Positions 21,201 to 31,394 are shown, numbered from the stretch's first letter. The stretch: DNA of 64,000 nucleotides from Candidatus Eiseniibacteriota bacterium (GCA_963717935.1 CAVQXP010000004.1:768001-832000); one strand, 5' to 3'. Made by a program: numbers and translations. Notes: generated by a model from the sequence alone, not told the origin.

Positions 21201-22030
21201 GCGACTGGACCGAGTTCCTCCGGCACGGCTTCGAGAGCCTGCTGGCGCAATCGGCGACCCTCCTGCCGCGTTTGCTGGTCGCCGTCCTGCTCGTGCTGCT
21301 GGGCATCGTCCTGGCCTTCGCGGTCCAGGCCCTGGTGAGGGGGCTCCTGCGGCGCGCCGGCCTGGACCGGCTGGCCGAGCAGACCGGGGTGGGGCAGTTC
21401 CTGCAAGGGTTGGGCTACGAGAACCCGGCCTCCCACCTGGCGGCCTTCGCGGTGTTCTGGGCGGTCTTCGCGGTCTTCCTCCTCTCGAGCGCCGACGCTT
21501 TCGGCCTGGCGGGCGTTTCGTCGCTGATCGCCGGACTGATCGTCCGACTGCCGGCCCTCGCCCTGGCCGCCCTGCTCATCCTGGTGGGTTTCGCCTTCGC
21601 GCGCAGGGCGCGCCACCTGGTCGAGGAACTGGCCGACCGGTCGCGGCTTCTCTCGGCGCGTCCGCTGGGGGCGGCCGCCTATTACCTCGTGGCGGCGCTC
21701 AGCATCGTCATCGCCCTGGGCGGGCTCGGAATCGACTTCGCGATCGTGAACGGGGTGGTGATCGTCATCCTGGCGTCGGTGGGCTTCGGGCTGGCCCTCA
21801 GCGTCGGCCTCGGATCCCGTGATGTCGCCCGGAACACGATCGACGGCATCTACGCCCGGCGCCAGGTCCGCACCGGCGATCGCATCCGAGTGGGCGACGT
21901 GCAGGGAGAGGTGACCGCGGCGGGCGACGTGTCCGTCACGCTCAGTGACGGCGGGAAGAGCTGGCTCGTGCCCTACGAGCGCCTCCTGAGTTCGGTCGTC
22001 GAAATCGTCGAGCGCTCCTCCGAGGACTGA
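21197..22030 (+). CDS. CmpX-like MscS-family mechanosensitive channel (TM-helix repeats)
   Basis: LPRLLVA / LPALALA repeats, GLALSVGLGSRDVARN, GIYARR..RTGDRIRVGDVQGEV. Confidence 0.85.
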   Translation: MSDWTEFLRHGFESLLAQSATLLPRLLVAVLLVLLGIVLAFAVQALVRGLLRRAGLDRLAEQTGVGQFLQGLGYENPASHLAAFAVFWAVFAVFLLSSADAFGLAGVSSLIAGLIVRLPALALAALLILVGFAFARRARHLVEELADRSRLLSARPLGAAAYYLVAALSIVIALGGLGIDFAIVNGVVIVILASVGFGLALSVGLGSRDVARNTIDGIYARRQVRTGDRIRVGDVQGEVTAAGDVSVTLSDGGKSWLVPYERLLSSVVEIVERSSED

Positions 22031-22298
22031 GCCGGCACCCCGGCTCAGTCCTCGGCCCCGCCGCGCGGTCGAGAGGCCGGCGGCCCCCCGGGCGTCGTCG
22101 TGAAGCGTCCCGGCGCCCTCCCGTCGGCTTCCACCATGGCTGGCGACTGTCCTGTCCTGCAGTCCATTGGGCGCATGGCCGGCGGCCCACTCGGATTTGC
22201 CTGTTGCAGAACGCGGCTGTGGTGCGTCTATATGGTGAAAGCGAAGGAACCAGCCTCGCCTGCAGTGAGGTCGGGCGTCCGACGGAAAGGGAGTCGTC

Positions 22299-25200
22299 AT
22301 GTACATGTGTCGTGCCGCGTTTCCAGCACTGCTGGCGTGTCTCACCTGCCTGGCGGGGGGTGTCACGGACACGGCCCGTGCCGCTCTGTCCGAACTGGGA
22401 GGCACGGGGATCCTCGAGTTGCAGAGCGCCGAGAGCAAGCGCCCGGCTCGCCTGGAGCTCGGCACCTCGGGCTCATACCAGCAACTCCGCCTGGGGGACT
22501 CGGCGAACACCAGGCTCAACGTCCTGCGGGCTGCGCTGAACACCGCCTTCGGCCTGCCCGGCGGATTCGAGATCTCGGGGACCGTGCCGGCTCTGTTCCA
22601 CTACACGAGTCTGAGCGTGACGGCCTCGCCCCTCGACGAAGAGCTCGACGTGAAGCTCGGCGACGTCTCCGGCCGCCTGCGCTGGACCGGCCCGCTCGCC
22701 GCACCTGGTCTGCGCTGGGGCTTCGAGGGCGAGGCGCTGTTCGCCACTGGCAGCGGCAACGAGGAGACCTATCCGGGCCGCGGCACCGTGAAGCCCTACA
22801 CGACCGGCAAGAACTCGTACTCGGCCCGCAGCATGCTCACTTGGGATGGACTGCGCGCGGGTTCCGGGGTGCCCTTGCGGCTGCACGCCAATGCGGCCTA
22901 CACGATGCAGCAGGACGAGGGGCGCTTTCTGATCCCGCGCGCGCCACTGCCACTGGAGTTGGGGGCGCCTGCCCGGACCCGCGACAACGATTTCCTCTCG
23001 TTGGGCGCGGCCATCGAAGTGGACTTGCCGCGGCTCACGCTCTTCGGTGAGGTCGTCACCGACCAGTTCGTCAACGAGCGCACGCTCCTCAAGGGGAAGG
23101 AGAACCGCATCGCCGTGACCCCCGGGCTGCGACTGTGGTTCCCCGGTGGCGTCACGCTGATGGGCGCCTACAGCATGAACCTCTCCGAAGACGACCAGGC
23201 GACGGCCTTCGATCCGGGTCGCGCCTTCGCGGACGACGAATGGCGGGTGGCGCTGTCATTCGGGACCGTCTATCGGGGCGCCCGTGCGCGCGCCGTGGTA
23301 GCGGCTCCCGCCCCGGTGCTGGAATCCGTCGTCGCAGTCGCGCCCGCGCTGACGGCCCCGGTGGGGCCCGCAACCCCCGACAGCGCGACTCTGGCGAAGC
23401 TCCGCAGGGAGCGGGAGATCGTGGAGCGACGCGATGTCCAGGACGAACCGCGCACGCCGAAGCTGGCTGCGGGTGTCGAGGCGCCGGCCCTCGAGGTGCC
23501 ATCCACGCCGCGGTCGCCGGGCGGACAGGGTGTGCGACTGCTCGACTCCGACCACGACGGGATTCCCGACAGCCAGGACCAGTGTCCGCTGCTCGCGGAG
23601 GACTTCGACGGGTTCCAGGACCTCGATGGCTGTCCCGACCTGGACAACGACCAGGACGGCATCATGGACATCCGGGACCAGTGTCCGAACGATCCCGAGA
23701 CCTTCAACGGGTTCTATGACCTCGATGGCTGTCCGGATGAGACGCCCATCCGCTGGATCGGACCACCACCGCCCGGCCGCTTGATGGCCCCGGGCCCGAT
23801 GGCTCCGCCGGATACGGCGGTGTCGGCTCGAATCCCGGCAGACACGTCGGTCGTCGTGCGGCGGCCGGTGGCAACGCTGCCGTCGGCGGCTCCGGTCGTG
23901 GCGCCTGCTCCGGTCAAGATCGCTGTGACGCCGGCTGCAGCCAGGCCCGACACGTCGCCGGCGCAGGCCGTCCCTCCGCGGGTTGTCGCGCCGGTGGCGG
24001 TCGCGCCGGTGGCGGTCGCGCCGGTGGCGGTCGCGCCGACAGCAGTTGCGCCGGTGGCGGTCGCGCCGACAGCAGTTGCGCCGGTGGCGGTCGCGCCGTC
24101 GGCAGTTGTGCCGGTGGCGGTCGCGCCGACAGCAGTTGCACCGTCGGCGGTCGCGCCGACAGCAGTTGCACCGTCGGCAGTTGCGCCGGTGGCGGTCGCG
24201 CCGGTGGCAGTTGCGCCGGTGGCGGTCGCGCCGTCGGCAGTTGTGCCGTCGGCAGTTGTGCCGTCGGCCGTTGTGCCGTCGGCCGTCGCGCCGGTGGCGG
24301 TCGCGCCGTCGGCAGTTGTGCCGTCGGCCGTCGCGCCGTCGGCAGTTGTGCCGGTGGCGGTCGCGCCGGCAGCCTGGTCGCCTGCAGACTCGCTTCGTCT
24401 GGCGCTGCAGTTCGAGCGCGCGCAGAGGAGGTCGCTGCAGGAGCGCCTGGCCCAGAGTGAGGCGGAGCGCCGCGATCTCGCGACGCGGGCGGTGGCGATG
24501 CCGCGGCTGGAGGCGGTCCCCGAGAGCATCGGTCCGGCGCCCGTGGTCAAGTCCTCGGCGAGCCGCAACGAGTTGCGCACGGGGCTCGACGAGGCGGTGC
24601 GACAGAACGCCGAACTGCGGGCGCGGGTCCGTGACCTCGAGTTGCGCCAGGACCGGGTCCTCCAGGGGCAGACCCCGCACATCGCGCCCGTGAACGTCCC
24701 GGCCGGGCCGACGCTCGTCACGACGCCTGCGGCGGGCGCGAATGCGGACGTGGCGGCGCGTCTGGCGGCGCTGGAGAAGGAACTGAGTGACCTTCGCGGG
24801 TCTTCTGGACTGCGCGAGGCTCGGACCGCCACGACCGACTCTGCGGGTCGCGCGGCGGCGGCAAGACTCGTGGACATCGAAGCACGCCTGACCGAGTTGC
24901 GGACGACGGCCGCGGCGGTGGCCCCGCCGCCGACCAAGACGGCGCAGGCCCTGGACGTCCTGCTGCCAACCGGCGTCGCGCGGGTCTTTCCCGAGATCGA
25001 GTTCCGCTCGGGCAGCGCGCAGGTCGTGCCTGACGCGGCCGGTGTGATCGTCAGTATCGCGGACGCGCTCCGCGAGGTCCCGGAGGCGCGCCTGCGTGTC
25101 GTCGGGTACACGGACAACGTCGGCGACGCGGCCCGGAACCTGGCGCTGTCGCGCGCGCGCGCGCAGGCGGTGGCGAACACGCTGATCGAAGAGGGCGTGG

Positions 25201-25313
25201 ACCGCGATCGGTTGACGGTGGAAGGGCGTGGAGAGGAGGCGCCGGTCGCCTCCAACCGCGTGGAGGCAGGCCGCCGTCTCAACCGCCGTGTTGAATTCGT
25301 GAGGATCCGATGA
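22299..25313 (+). CDS. Large OmpA-family protein: barrel, TSP3 Ca-binding repeats, VAPxA repeats, coiled coil, OmpA_C
   Basis: Signal peptide; DSDHDGIPDSQDQCP / DNDQDGIMDIRDQCP; GYTDNVG...NLALSRARA...NRRVEF. Confidence 0.9.
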   Translation: MYMCRAAFPALLACLTCLAGGVTDTARAALSELGGTGILELQSAESKRPARLELGTSGSYQQLRLGDSANTRLNVLRAALNTAFGLPGGFEISGTVPALFHYTSLSVTASPLDEELDVKLGDVSGRLRWTGPLAAPGLRWGFEGEALFATGSGNEETYPGRGTVKPYTTGKNSYSARSMLTWDGLRAGSGVPLRLHANAAYTMQQDEGRFLIPRAPLPLELGAPARTRDNDFLSLGAAIEVDLPRLTLFGEVVTDQFVNERTLLKGKENRIAVTPGLRLWFPGGVTLMGAYSMNLSEDDQATAFDPGRAFADDEWRVALSFGTVYRGARARAVVAAPAPVLESVVAVAPALTAPVGPATPDSATLAKLRREREIVERRDVQDEPRTPKLAAGVEAPALEVPSTPRSPGGQGVRLLDSDHDGIPDSQDQCPLLAEDFDGFQDLDGCPDLDNDQDGIMDIRDQCPNDPETFNGFYDLDGCPDETPIRWIGPPPPGRLMAPGPMAPPDTAVSARIPADTSVVVRRPVATLPSAAPVVAPAPVKIAVTPAAARPDTSPAQAVPPRVVAPVAVAPVAVAPVAVAPTAVAPVAVAPTAVAPVAVAPSAVVPVAVAPTAVAPSAVAPTAVAPSAVAPVAVAPVAVAPVAVAPSAVVPSAVVPSAVVPSAVAPVAVAPSAVVPSAVAPSAVVPVAVAPAAWSPADSLRLALQFERAQRRSLQERLAQSEAERRDLATRAVAMPRLEAVPESIGPAPVVKSSASRNELRTGLDEAVRQNAELRARVRDLELRQDRVLQGQTPHIAPVNVPAGPTLVTTPAAGANADVAARLAALEKELSDLRGSSGLREARTATTDSAGRAAAARLVDIEARLTELRTTAAAVAPPPTKTAQALDVLLPTGVARVFPEIEFRSGSAQVVPDAAGVIVSIADALREVPEARLRVVGYTDNVGDAARNLALSRARAQAVANTLIEEGVDRDRLTVEGRGEEAPVASNRVEAGRRLNRRVEFVRIR
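23985..24374 (+). repeat. 26 x 15-bp coding tandem repeat (V[AV]P[VTSA]A)
   Basis: GTCGCGCCGGTGGCG-like units, counted from the translation. Confidence 0.92.
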
Positions 25314-25840
25314 GGAGGAGGCTCCGTATGATCGGGAACAGGTGGGTCGCTCTCTCGCTCGGCGTGGTCTTCGCCTGGGGCGTGTGCGCGGCCGGACCGG
25401 CTTCGGCCGGGGCGTCCTCGGGGCGCGTGGCCGTCGGGGTGGAGGCGGGACTGCCGCTCGTCCTGGGTGTGGATGCGTCGTACCGCCTGGATGGTCCGTG
25501 GCGGCTGGGTATGGGCATCGGGAAGCTTGGTGGGCTCACGGCGCTCCGGGCCGAGGCCCGTCTGCTCATGCGACGGGAAGAGCCGGAACGGCTGGTGCCC
25601 TGCCTGATCCTGGGGGCTGAGCAGTATTTCCTCAAGGACGGGCAGCGGGACGCGACCCCGGTCGGCATTCACTTCGCGTTAGGGCTGGACTACCGCTTTG
25701 AGTCCCCGGTCTCGGTGGGGGCCCGCATCGGTGGCCTGAAGACCTTCGGTTCCTCGGGCGGCGGTGACGTACGGGTGTTCTCCGTGGAGAACGGCTACAA
25801 GAGCGGGCTCTTCAACCTTGGAGTGCGCTACCACTTCTAA
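25310..25840 (+). CDS. Small outer-membrane beta-barrel protein
   Basis: Signal peptide; GLDYRF; terminal LGVRYHF barrel signal; ATGA overlap with ompA. Confidence 0.7.
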   Translation: MRRRLRMIGNRWVALSLGVVFAWGVCAAGPASAGASSGRVAVGVEAGLPLVLGVDASYRLDGPWRLGMGIGKLGGLTALRAEARLLMRREEPERLVPCLILGAEQYFLKDGQRDATPVGIHFALGLDYRFESPVSVGARIGGLKTFGSSGGGDVRVFSVENGYKSGLFNLGVRYHF

Positions 25841-25876
25841 GATGAACCGCCCGCAGCGATGTGAGGGGGGGGTGAC

Positions 25877-26272
25877 ATGAGCATGATCGATGCGTGCCTG
25901 GTCGTCATCGCCGTATCAGCGGGAGCATTCGCGCTGGCCGTATGGATCGCGCTCGTTCACACCCTGCCGCTGCTGAAGCGGCTCGGGTTCCTGGCGGCGG
26001 ATGCGGCCACGACCCTGCAGCGGCTGAATGGCATCGCCGCGGATCTGGAGGGCCTGGTCCGTGACGCCCGGCGCCTCGAGAAACGGGTGTCGAACACCGC
26101 GGGCGTGCTGCTCGACCAGGTCGAGCCGCCCTTGCGGCTGGTCTCCGCTCTGCTGGCGGGGACCCGAACGGGGCTCGGCTCGCTCCTGGGCTCGTGGGGC
26201 TCGTGGGGACTGCGGGGTGTCACAGATGGAAGAAGAAGCGCAGACAAAGGGACGGAAAGGAGCACACGATGA
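25877..26272 (+). CDS. DUF948/YoxC-like membrane protein
   Basis: N-terminal TM plus coiled coil; precedes a YtxH-like gene. Confidence 0.55.
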   Translation: MSMIDACLVVIAVSAGAFALAVWIALVHTLPLLKRLGFLAADAATTLQRLNGIAADLEGLVRDARRLEKRVSNTAGVLLDQVEPPLRLVSALLAGTRTGLGSLLGSWGSWGLRGVTDGRRSADKGTERSTR

Positions 26273-26529
26273 GTGACGATCGGAGCGTGGAGACGGTGCT
26301 GGCCTTCGGGGCCGGTCTCGTGGTGGGAGTGGCGGCGGCTTTGCTCATGGCGCCGGCGACGGGGGCGGAGACGCGCCGCCGGATCTCGGATCTCGGACAG
26401 ACGGCGGCGGATCGCGCAGGCGAGGGCATGCAGTCCGCAAAGGAGTTCGCCGCGGAGCAGGCGCAGCGGATCGGCCAGGCGGTCCGCGAGGGCAAGGAGG
26501 CGTACAAGAAGGAGATCGCAAAAGAGTGA
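26269..26529 (+). CDS. YtxH domain protein
   Basis: AFGAGLVVGVAAALLMAPATGAETRRRI; GGAAAGGAG RBS. Confidence 0.88.
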   Translation: MSDDRSVETVLAFGAGLVVGVAAALLMAPATGAETRRRISDLGQTAADRAGEGMQSAKEFAAEQAQRIGQAVREGKEAYKKEIAKE

Positions 26530-26763
26530 GAAGAAGCGGGGGGCGCCGGTGCCGGCGGCTGAGAGCCTGGCAGACCGGGCCGGCCGCTCCCCTCCGGTTC
26601 TGCCGCTCGCCAGGCGGCAGTGTGGCGAACCGCGGCGGCCCTCATGGGCTCCGCGGTCATCCCACGCTCAGCACGTCCACCGGTCCACCCGTCCACTGGA
26701 GTCAGGTTCGTTGGACGGCTGCCTGCCCGACGATCTCGTTGCCCCGGGGCGCTCCGCGCCCGG

Positions 26764-27484
26764 TCAGCGGCTGGACGGGAATCGGTGGCGGGTCTTCACC
26801 GCGAGCGCGACCCCTTCGCGCCGTAACTTCTCGAGCAGGTTGGGTGTCCACCAGAGTGGGCCCCCTTCCGGCTGGCAGTAGATTGGCACCAGCACCCCGC
26901 CGAACTGGCGCTTGTAGACGGGTCGAGCCGCCCAGGTTCATCCAGTTGTGCCTGTCCAGCCGGGCCCGTCGCACCAACTCCCACCACACCTGCGAGTTCG
27001 TGCCCGCCTTCATGGCTTGCTCGCTGGAGCCGCTGGCCCTGCCGTCGACCATGCCGCCCGGATACCGCCCCAGGCCTAGTCCCGCGACCACGGCCCCGTC
27101 CTTGACGCCGACCAGCAGCCAGTGCCACGGCAGCCCCCACCCGCGCGCCGCCTCCGGGCCACCGTACTGCCCGGGGCGCACTCCGTGCCGGCGCCAGGGG
27201 GCCCCGCTCACCAGCTCCGGTCCGACCTCGCGCAGCACCATGGCGCCGCGGCGCGAGCCTTCGTCGATCAGCACCGCGTGGCTTGCTTCCCCATGCGCGG
27301 CATGGTGGGCGAGGTAGTCCAGCGACAGGGTGAAGTTGGCGTGCGGCGTGCGCGACAGGCGATCACGCCAGGCTTCGGCGAATGCCGGGTCCGGCGGGGG
27401 GACGCGGACGTCGCCGGAGCCGTCGGAGGTGCGCGGTCCCGCGGGCGCGGCCGAGAACGACTGTCTTCGGATGTTCGAACCCAT
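26764..27484 (-). pseudogene. FemAB/GNAT-like gene remnant (apparent internal deletion plus frameshift)
   Basis: NSQVWWELV...WMNLGGST continues VYKRQFGG... after removing one C near 26921; middle segment short for the family. Confidence 0.5.
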
Positions 27485-27487
27485 GAG

Positions 27488-27697
27488 CTAGCCTACGACC
27501 TCGTTCCCGTCGTCGTCCTCGACGACGATGGCGCTGCACGGGCAGGCCTCGGCAGCCTCGATCAGAAGCTCGAGACTCGCAGCCTCGTCGTCGATCACGA
27601 CGACCTTGTTCTTGCTGTCGAGCGCGAAGACCGCGGGCGCGATCTCCACGCACTCGGCGTTGCCACAGCATGCGCCGTGACGGATGCGGACCTGCAT
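27488..27697 (-). CDS. Monocluster ferredoxin (3Fe-4S type motif)
   Basis: CCGNAEC...APAVF...AAEACPCSAI. Confidence 0.88.
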   Translation of the reverse strand: MQVRIRHGACCGNAECVEIAPAVFALDSKNKVVVIDDEAASLELLIEAAEACPCSAIVVEDDDGNEVVG

Positions 27698-27945
27698 GGG
27701 GAGCCTGGCACCTCCTGTCGGGCGCAGGGCCTCGGGAGCCCCGTGCTCGCGAGCGCGACTCTAGCCACATCCGGCGCGGGCGTAAAGGATGGCGTGCGCC
27801 AGCCGCCCGCGTTCCCGCCTCCGCCTGTCGCCGACGGAGCCGTGCCGGTCGCGCCGGTCGCATGACGCGGACCGCCGCGCGGACCCGTGTGCTAGAGTCG
27901 CGGCGAGCCCGGGCCCACGCCCCATCCCTGCCACCGGAGTTCGCC

Positions 27946-29316
27946 ATGGACGCCCTGACGCAGTATCTGGAGAGCCACCAGGAGCGGTTTCTCGAGGACC
28001 TCAAGGCCGTGCTGCGCATCCCGAGCGTGAGCACGGAGCCCCGGTACAAGGAGGACGTGCTGCGCTGCGCGCGGCACGTGGCCGACGACCTGCGGAAGGC
28101 CGGTATGACGCGCGTCGAGATCGTGCCGACCGCGGGCCACCCGGTGGTCTACGCGGAGTGGCTGGGCGCTCCGGGCAAGCCCACGGCCCTGCTCTACGGG
28201 CACTACGACGTGCAGCCGGTGGACCCGCTCGAGCTGTGGCAGACGCCGCCCTTCGAGCCCACGCTGCGCGATGGAAAGCTCTACGCGCGCGGCGCCTGCG
28301 ACGACAAGGGCCAGGTCTACATGCACGTCGCCGCCATCCAGGCGCACCTGAAGGTGAACGGGAAGCTGCCCATCAACCTCAAGTGCGTCATCGAGGGCGA
28401 GGAGGAGGCGGGCAGCGGCAACCTCGAGAAGTTCCTGCGCGACTGGCGCAAGCAGCTCGACGCCGACGTCATCGTGGTGAGCGACACGGGCATGCTCGGT
28501 CCCGACCAGCCGGCGCTGTGTTACGGCCTGCGCGGCCTGCTCTACACGCAGATCGACGTCACCGGCCCGACGCGCGACCTGCACTCGGGCGAGTTCGGCG
28601 GCGCGGTGCAGAACCCGGCCAACGCCCTGTGCTCGATCATCGCCGCGCTCAAGGACGGCGACGGGCACATCACCGTGCCGGGCTTCTACGACCGGGTGAA
28701 GCCGCTGACGCGGGCCGAGCGCGACGTCCTCGGGCGGGTGCCGTTCGACGAGGCGGGCTTCATCCGCGAGGCCGGCTCGCCGGTGGCGTTCGGCGAGAAG
28801 GGCTACACGACGCTCGAACGGGTCTGGGTGCGCCCGACCTGCGACGTGAACGGCCTGGTGAGCGGCTACATCGGCGAGGGGGCGAAGACCGTGCTGCCCT
28901 CGCTCGCGTCGGCCAAGGTGAGCATGCGGCTCGTGCCCGACCAGGACCCGAAGGACCTGTTCGTGCGCTTCGAGGCCCACGTGAGGAAGCTCGCGCCTCC
29001 GGGGGTGACGCTCAAGGTCCACGATCTGCACGCGGCGCCGCCCTTCATGACGGACTTCGACCACCCCATGCTGCAGGCCGCGGTGCGGGCGCTGGCGCGC
29101 TCGTGGCCCAGGCCGCCGGCGATGATCCGCGAGGGTGGCTCGATCCCGGTGATGGCGATCTTCAAGGAGACGCACGGCCTGCCCAGCATCCTCATGGGCT
29201 TCGGGCTCGCCGACGACAATCTCCACGCCCCGAACGAGAAGTACAACCTCACGTCGTTCCACGGCGGCACGAAGAGCTGTGCCTACCTCTACGAGGAGCT
29301 GGCGAAGGGCGCCTGA
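27946..29316 (+). CDS. M20 family dipeptidase
   Basis: YGHYDVQP, ARGACDDKG, EGEEE, DLHSG, GGSIP, HAPNE. Confidence 0.92.
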   Translation: MDALTQYLESHQERFLEDLKAVLRIPSVSTEPRYKEDVLRCARHVADDLRKAGMTRVEIVPTAGHPVVYAEWLGAPGKPTALLYGHYDVQPVDPLELWQTPPFEPTLRDGKLYARGACDDKGQVYMHVAAIQAHLKVNGKLPINLKCVIEGEEEAGSGNLEKFLRDWRKQLDADVIVVSDTGMLGPDQPALCYGLRGLLYTQIDVTGPTRDLHSGEFGGAVQNPANALCSIIAALKDGDGHITVPGFYDRVKPLTRAERDVLGRVPFDEAGFIREAGSPVAFGEKGYTTLERVWVRPTCDVNGLVSGYIGEGAKTVLPSLASAKVSMRLVPDQDPKDLFVRFEAHVRKLAPPGVTLKVHDLHAAPPFMTDFDHPMLQAAVRALARSWPRPPAMIREGGSIPVMAIFKETHGLPSILMGFGLADDNLHAPNEKYNLTSFHGGTKSCAYLYEELAKGA

Positions 29317-29324
29317 AAGGGGCG

Positions 29325-31391
29325 ATGACCCCCGAGATCCCGGTTCTGCGCGAGTTGCTCCTGCTCGCCGGCGCGTCGCTCGCGGTGGTGCTGCTGTTCC
29401 GCCGGCTGCGGCTGCCGGCCACGGTGGGCTTCATCGTGACCGGCATCCTCATCGGTCCGGGCGGCTTCGCGCTGGTCCACGACCCGGAGCTGGTGCGCAC
29501 GCTGGCCGAGTTCGGCGTCGTCGTCCTGCTCTTCACGGTGGGGCTCGAGTTCTCCTTCGCCGACCTCAGGCGCCTGGGCCGGCGCGCGCTGGTGGGGGGC
29601 GCGCTGCAGGTCCTGCTCACCGTCCTGCTGGTGGCGGCCGCACTCGTGTTCGACGGACGGCACCCGGCCCGCGCCCTGTTCCTCGGCATGCTGGTCTCGC
29701 TCTCGAGCACGGCCCTGGTGCTCAAGCTGCTCACCGACCGCATCGAGCTGCAGTCGCCGCACGGCCGCACGACGACCGGCGTGCTGCTCTTCCAGGACCT
29801 CGCCGCGGTGCCGTTCCTGCTCCTGTTGGTGCCGCTCGGGCGCTGGGCGCGCGGCGAGCGCTTCACCGCGGCCGAGCTGACCGCGGCGCTGCCCGGCGTG
29901 CTGGTGGTCCTGGCGGTGGCGGCGTTCGTGTTCCTGTTCGCGCGCCGCGCCATCCCCTGGCTGCTCGGGCGCGCCTCGCGCTCGGGCTCGCGCGAGGCGT
30001 TCCTGTTCGGCATCCTGCTCGTGGTGCTGGGGAGCGCCTCGCTCGCCTCGCGCGCGGGCGGATCGCTCGCGGTCGGCGCCTTCCTCGCGGGCCTCATGCT
30101 CGCGGGCTCCGAGCTGCGCGATCTGATCGCCGCCGACCTGCTGCCGCTGCGCGACACCCTGGCCAGCGTCTTCTTCATCGCGGTGGGCATGTCCTTCGAC
30201 CCGGCGATCGTGCTCGCGCGTCCCGGCCTGGTCGCGCTGAGCACCGCGGGGCTCGTGTTCGTCAAGCTGGTGGTGACTTTCCTCGCGCTGCGCGCGAGCG
30301 GCGCCCCCGCGCGGGTCTCGTTCGCCGCGGCCCTCGCGCTGGCGCAGATCGGCGAGTTCTCCTTCGTGCTCGCCCAGGCGGGCCGGCCGCTCGGGCTGCT
30401 GGGCGAGAGCGGCTCGCAGGCCTTCTTCGCGGGCGCGGTGTTCTCGCTGCTCCTCACGCCGTTCGTGGTGCCGCTGGCGCCCGCCTGGGCGCTCGCGCTG
30501 GACCGCGTGCTGCCGGGCCGGCGCCGGGCCGGGCCGGCGGAGGAGGAGACGGGGGGCGAGGCTCTGCCGGAGACCCTCGCGGGCCCGATGCCCGGCGTGC
30601 CCCGGCGCCCGCAGGCGAACCACGTCGTCATCGCGGGGTTCGGTCTGAACGGGCAGAACGTCGCGCGCGTGCTGCGCTCGGTGCGCCTGCCGCACCTGGT
30701 CGTGGACCTGAACCCGGACGCCGTGGCGCTGGGACACGGGCAGGGCAGCCCCGTGCTGGTCGGCGACATCGGCAACGCGCTCATCCAGCGCCAGGCCGGC
30801 GTGCCGCACGCCCGGGTGATGGTGCTCGCGCTGAGCGACCCGACCGCCACGCGCCACGCCTGCCACATGGCGCGCTCGCTCTCGAGCGAGGTGTTCATCA
30901 TCGTGCGCACGCGTTACGTGGACGAGATCGATCAGCTCTACGCCGCCGGCGCGAACCAGGTCATCCCCGAGGAGTTCGAGACCTCGATCGAGATCTTCAC
31001 CGCGGTGATGCGCGAGCTGCACGTGCCCACGAACGTCGTCCAGGCGCAGATCACCCTGCTGCGGCAGGAGCGCTACAGCCTGCTGCGCGGCCGGCGGTTG
31101 CAGGGCGCCATCCTCGATCAGCTGCCGACCATCCTGCTCGAGCGCACCACCGACACCTTCCTGCTGCTGCAGGAGTCGCCCGCGGTGGGCCGGAGCGTGG
31201 CCGAGGCGGGCCTGGGCGTCGAGGGCGAGGCGCGGCTCGTGGCGATCGTGCGCGGCGGCCGGCCCCTGACCACCGTCGAGCATGATTTCCGCCTGCGCGT
31301 CGGCGACACGCTGGTCGTGACCGGCACGCACGCCGAGGTGGATCGCGTCTTCGAACGGCTGCGTCCGCCGATGGACTCCGGTCCGCTCTGA
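29325..31391 (+). CDS. CPA2 cation:proton antiporter with TrkA-N and TrkA-C domains
   Basis: LLFTVGLEFS, SLSSTALV, LLFQD, AQIGEFSFV, IAGFGLNG. Confidence 0.92.
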   Translation: MTPEIPVLRELLLLAGASLAVVLLFRRLRLPATVGFIVTGILIGPGGFALVHDPELVRTLAEFGVVVLLFTVGLEFSFADLRRLGRRALVGGALQVLLTVLLVAAALVFDGRHPARALFLGMLVSLSSTALVLKLLTDRIELQSPHGRTTTGVLLFQDLAAVPFLLLLVPLGRWARGERFTAAELTAALPGVLVVLAVAAFVFLFARRAIPWLLGRASRSGSREAFLFGILLVVLGSASLASRAGGSLAVGAFLAGLMLAGSELRDLIAADLLPLRDTLASVFFIAVGMSFDPAIVLARPGLVALSTAGLVFVKLVVTFLALRASGAPARVSFAAALALAQIGEFSFVLAQAGRPLGLLGESGSQAFFAGAVFSLLLTPFVVPLAPAWALALDRVLPGRRRAGPAEEETGGEALPETLAGPMPGVPRRPQANHVVIAGFGLNGQNVARVLRSVRLPHLVVDLNPDAVALGHGQGSPVLVGDIGNALIQRQAGVPHARVMVLALSDPTATRHACHMARSLSSEVFIIVRTRYVDEIDQLYAAGANQVIPEEFETSIEIFTAVMRELHVPTNVVQAQITLLRQERYSLLRGRRLQGAILDQLPTILLERTTDTFLLLQESPAVGRSVAEAGLGVEGEARLVAIVRGGRPLTTVEHDFRLRVGDTLVVTGTHAEVDRVFERLRPPMDSGPL

Positions 31392-31394
31392 GGC

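Noticed and set aside
22200..22235. ECF promoter upstream of ompA (GAAC...CGTCTA)
   Set aside because: Spacing between AAC and CGT is only 12 nt, too short for typical ECF promoters
23985..24374. Possible CRISPR array
   Set aside because: Contiguous 15-bp coding units without unique spacers; no cas genes
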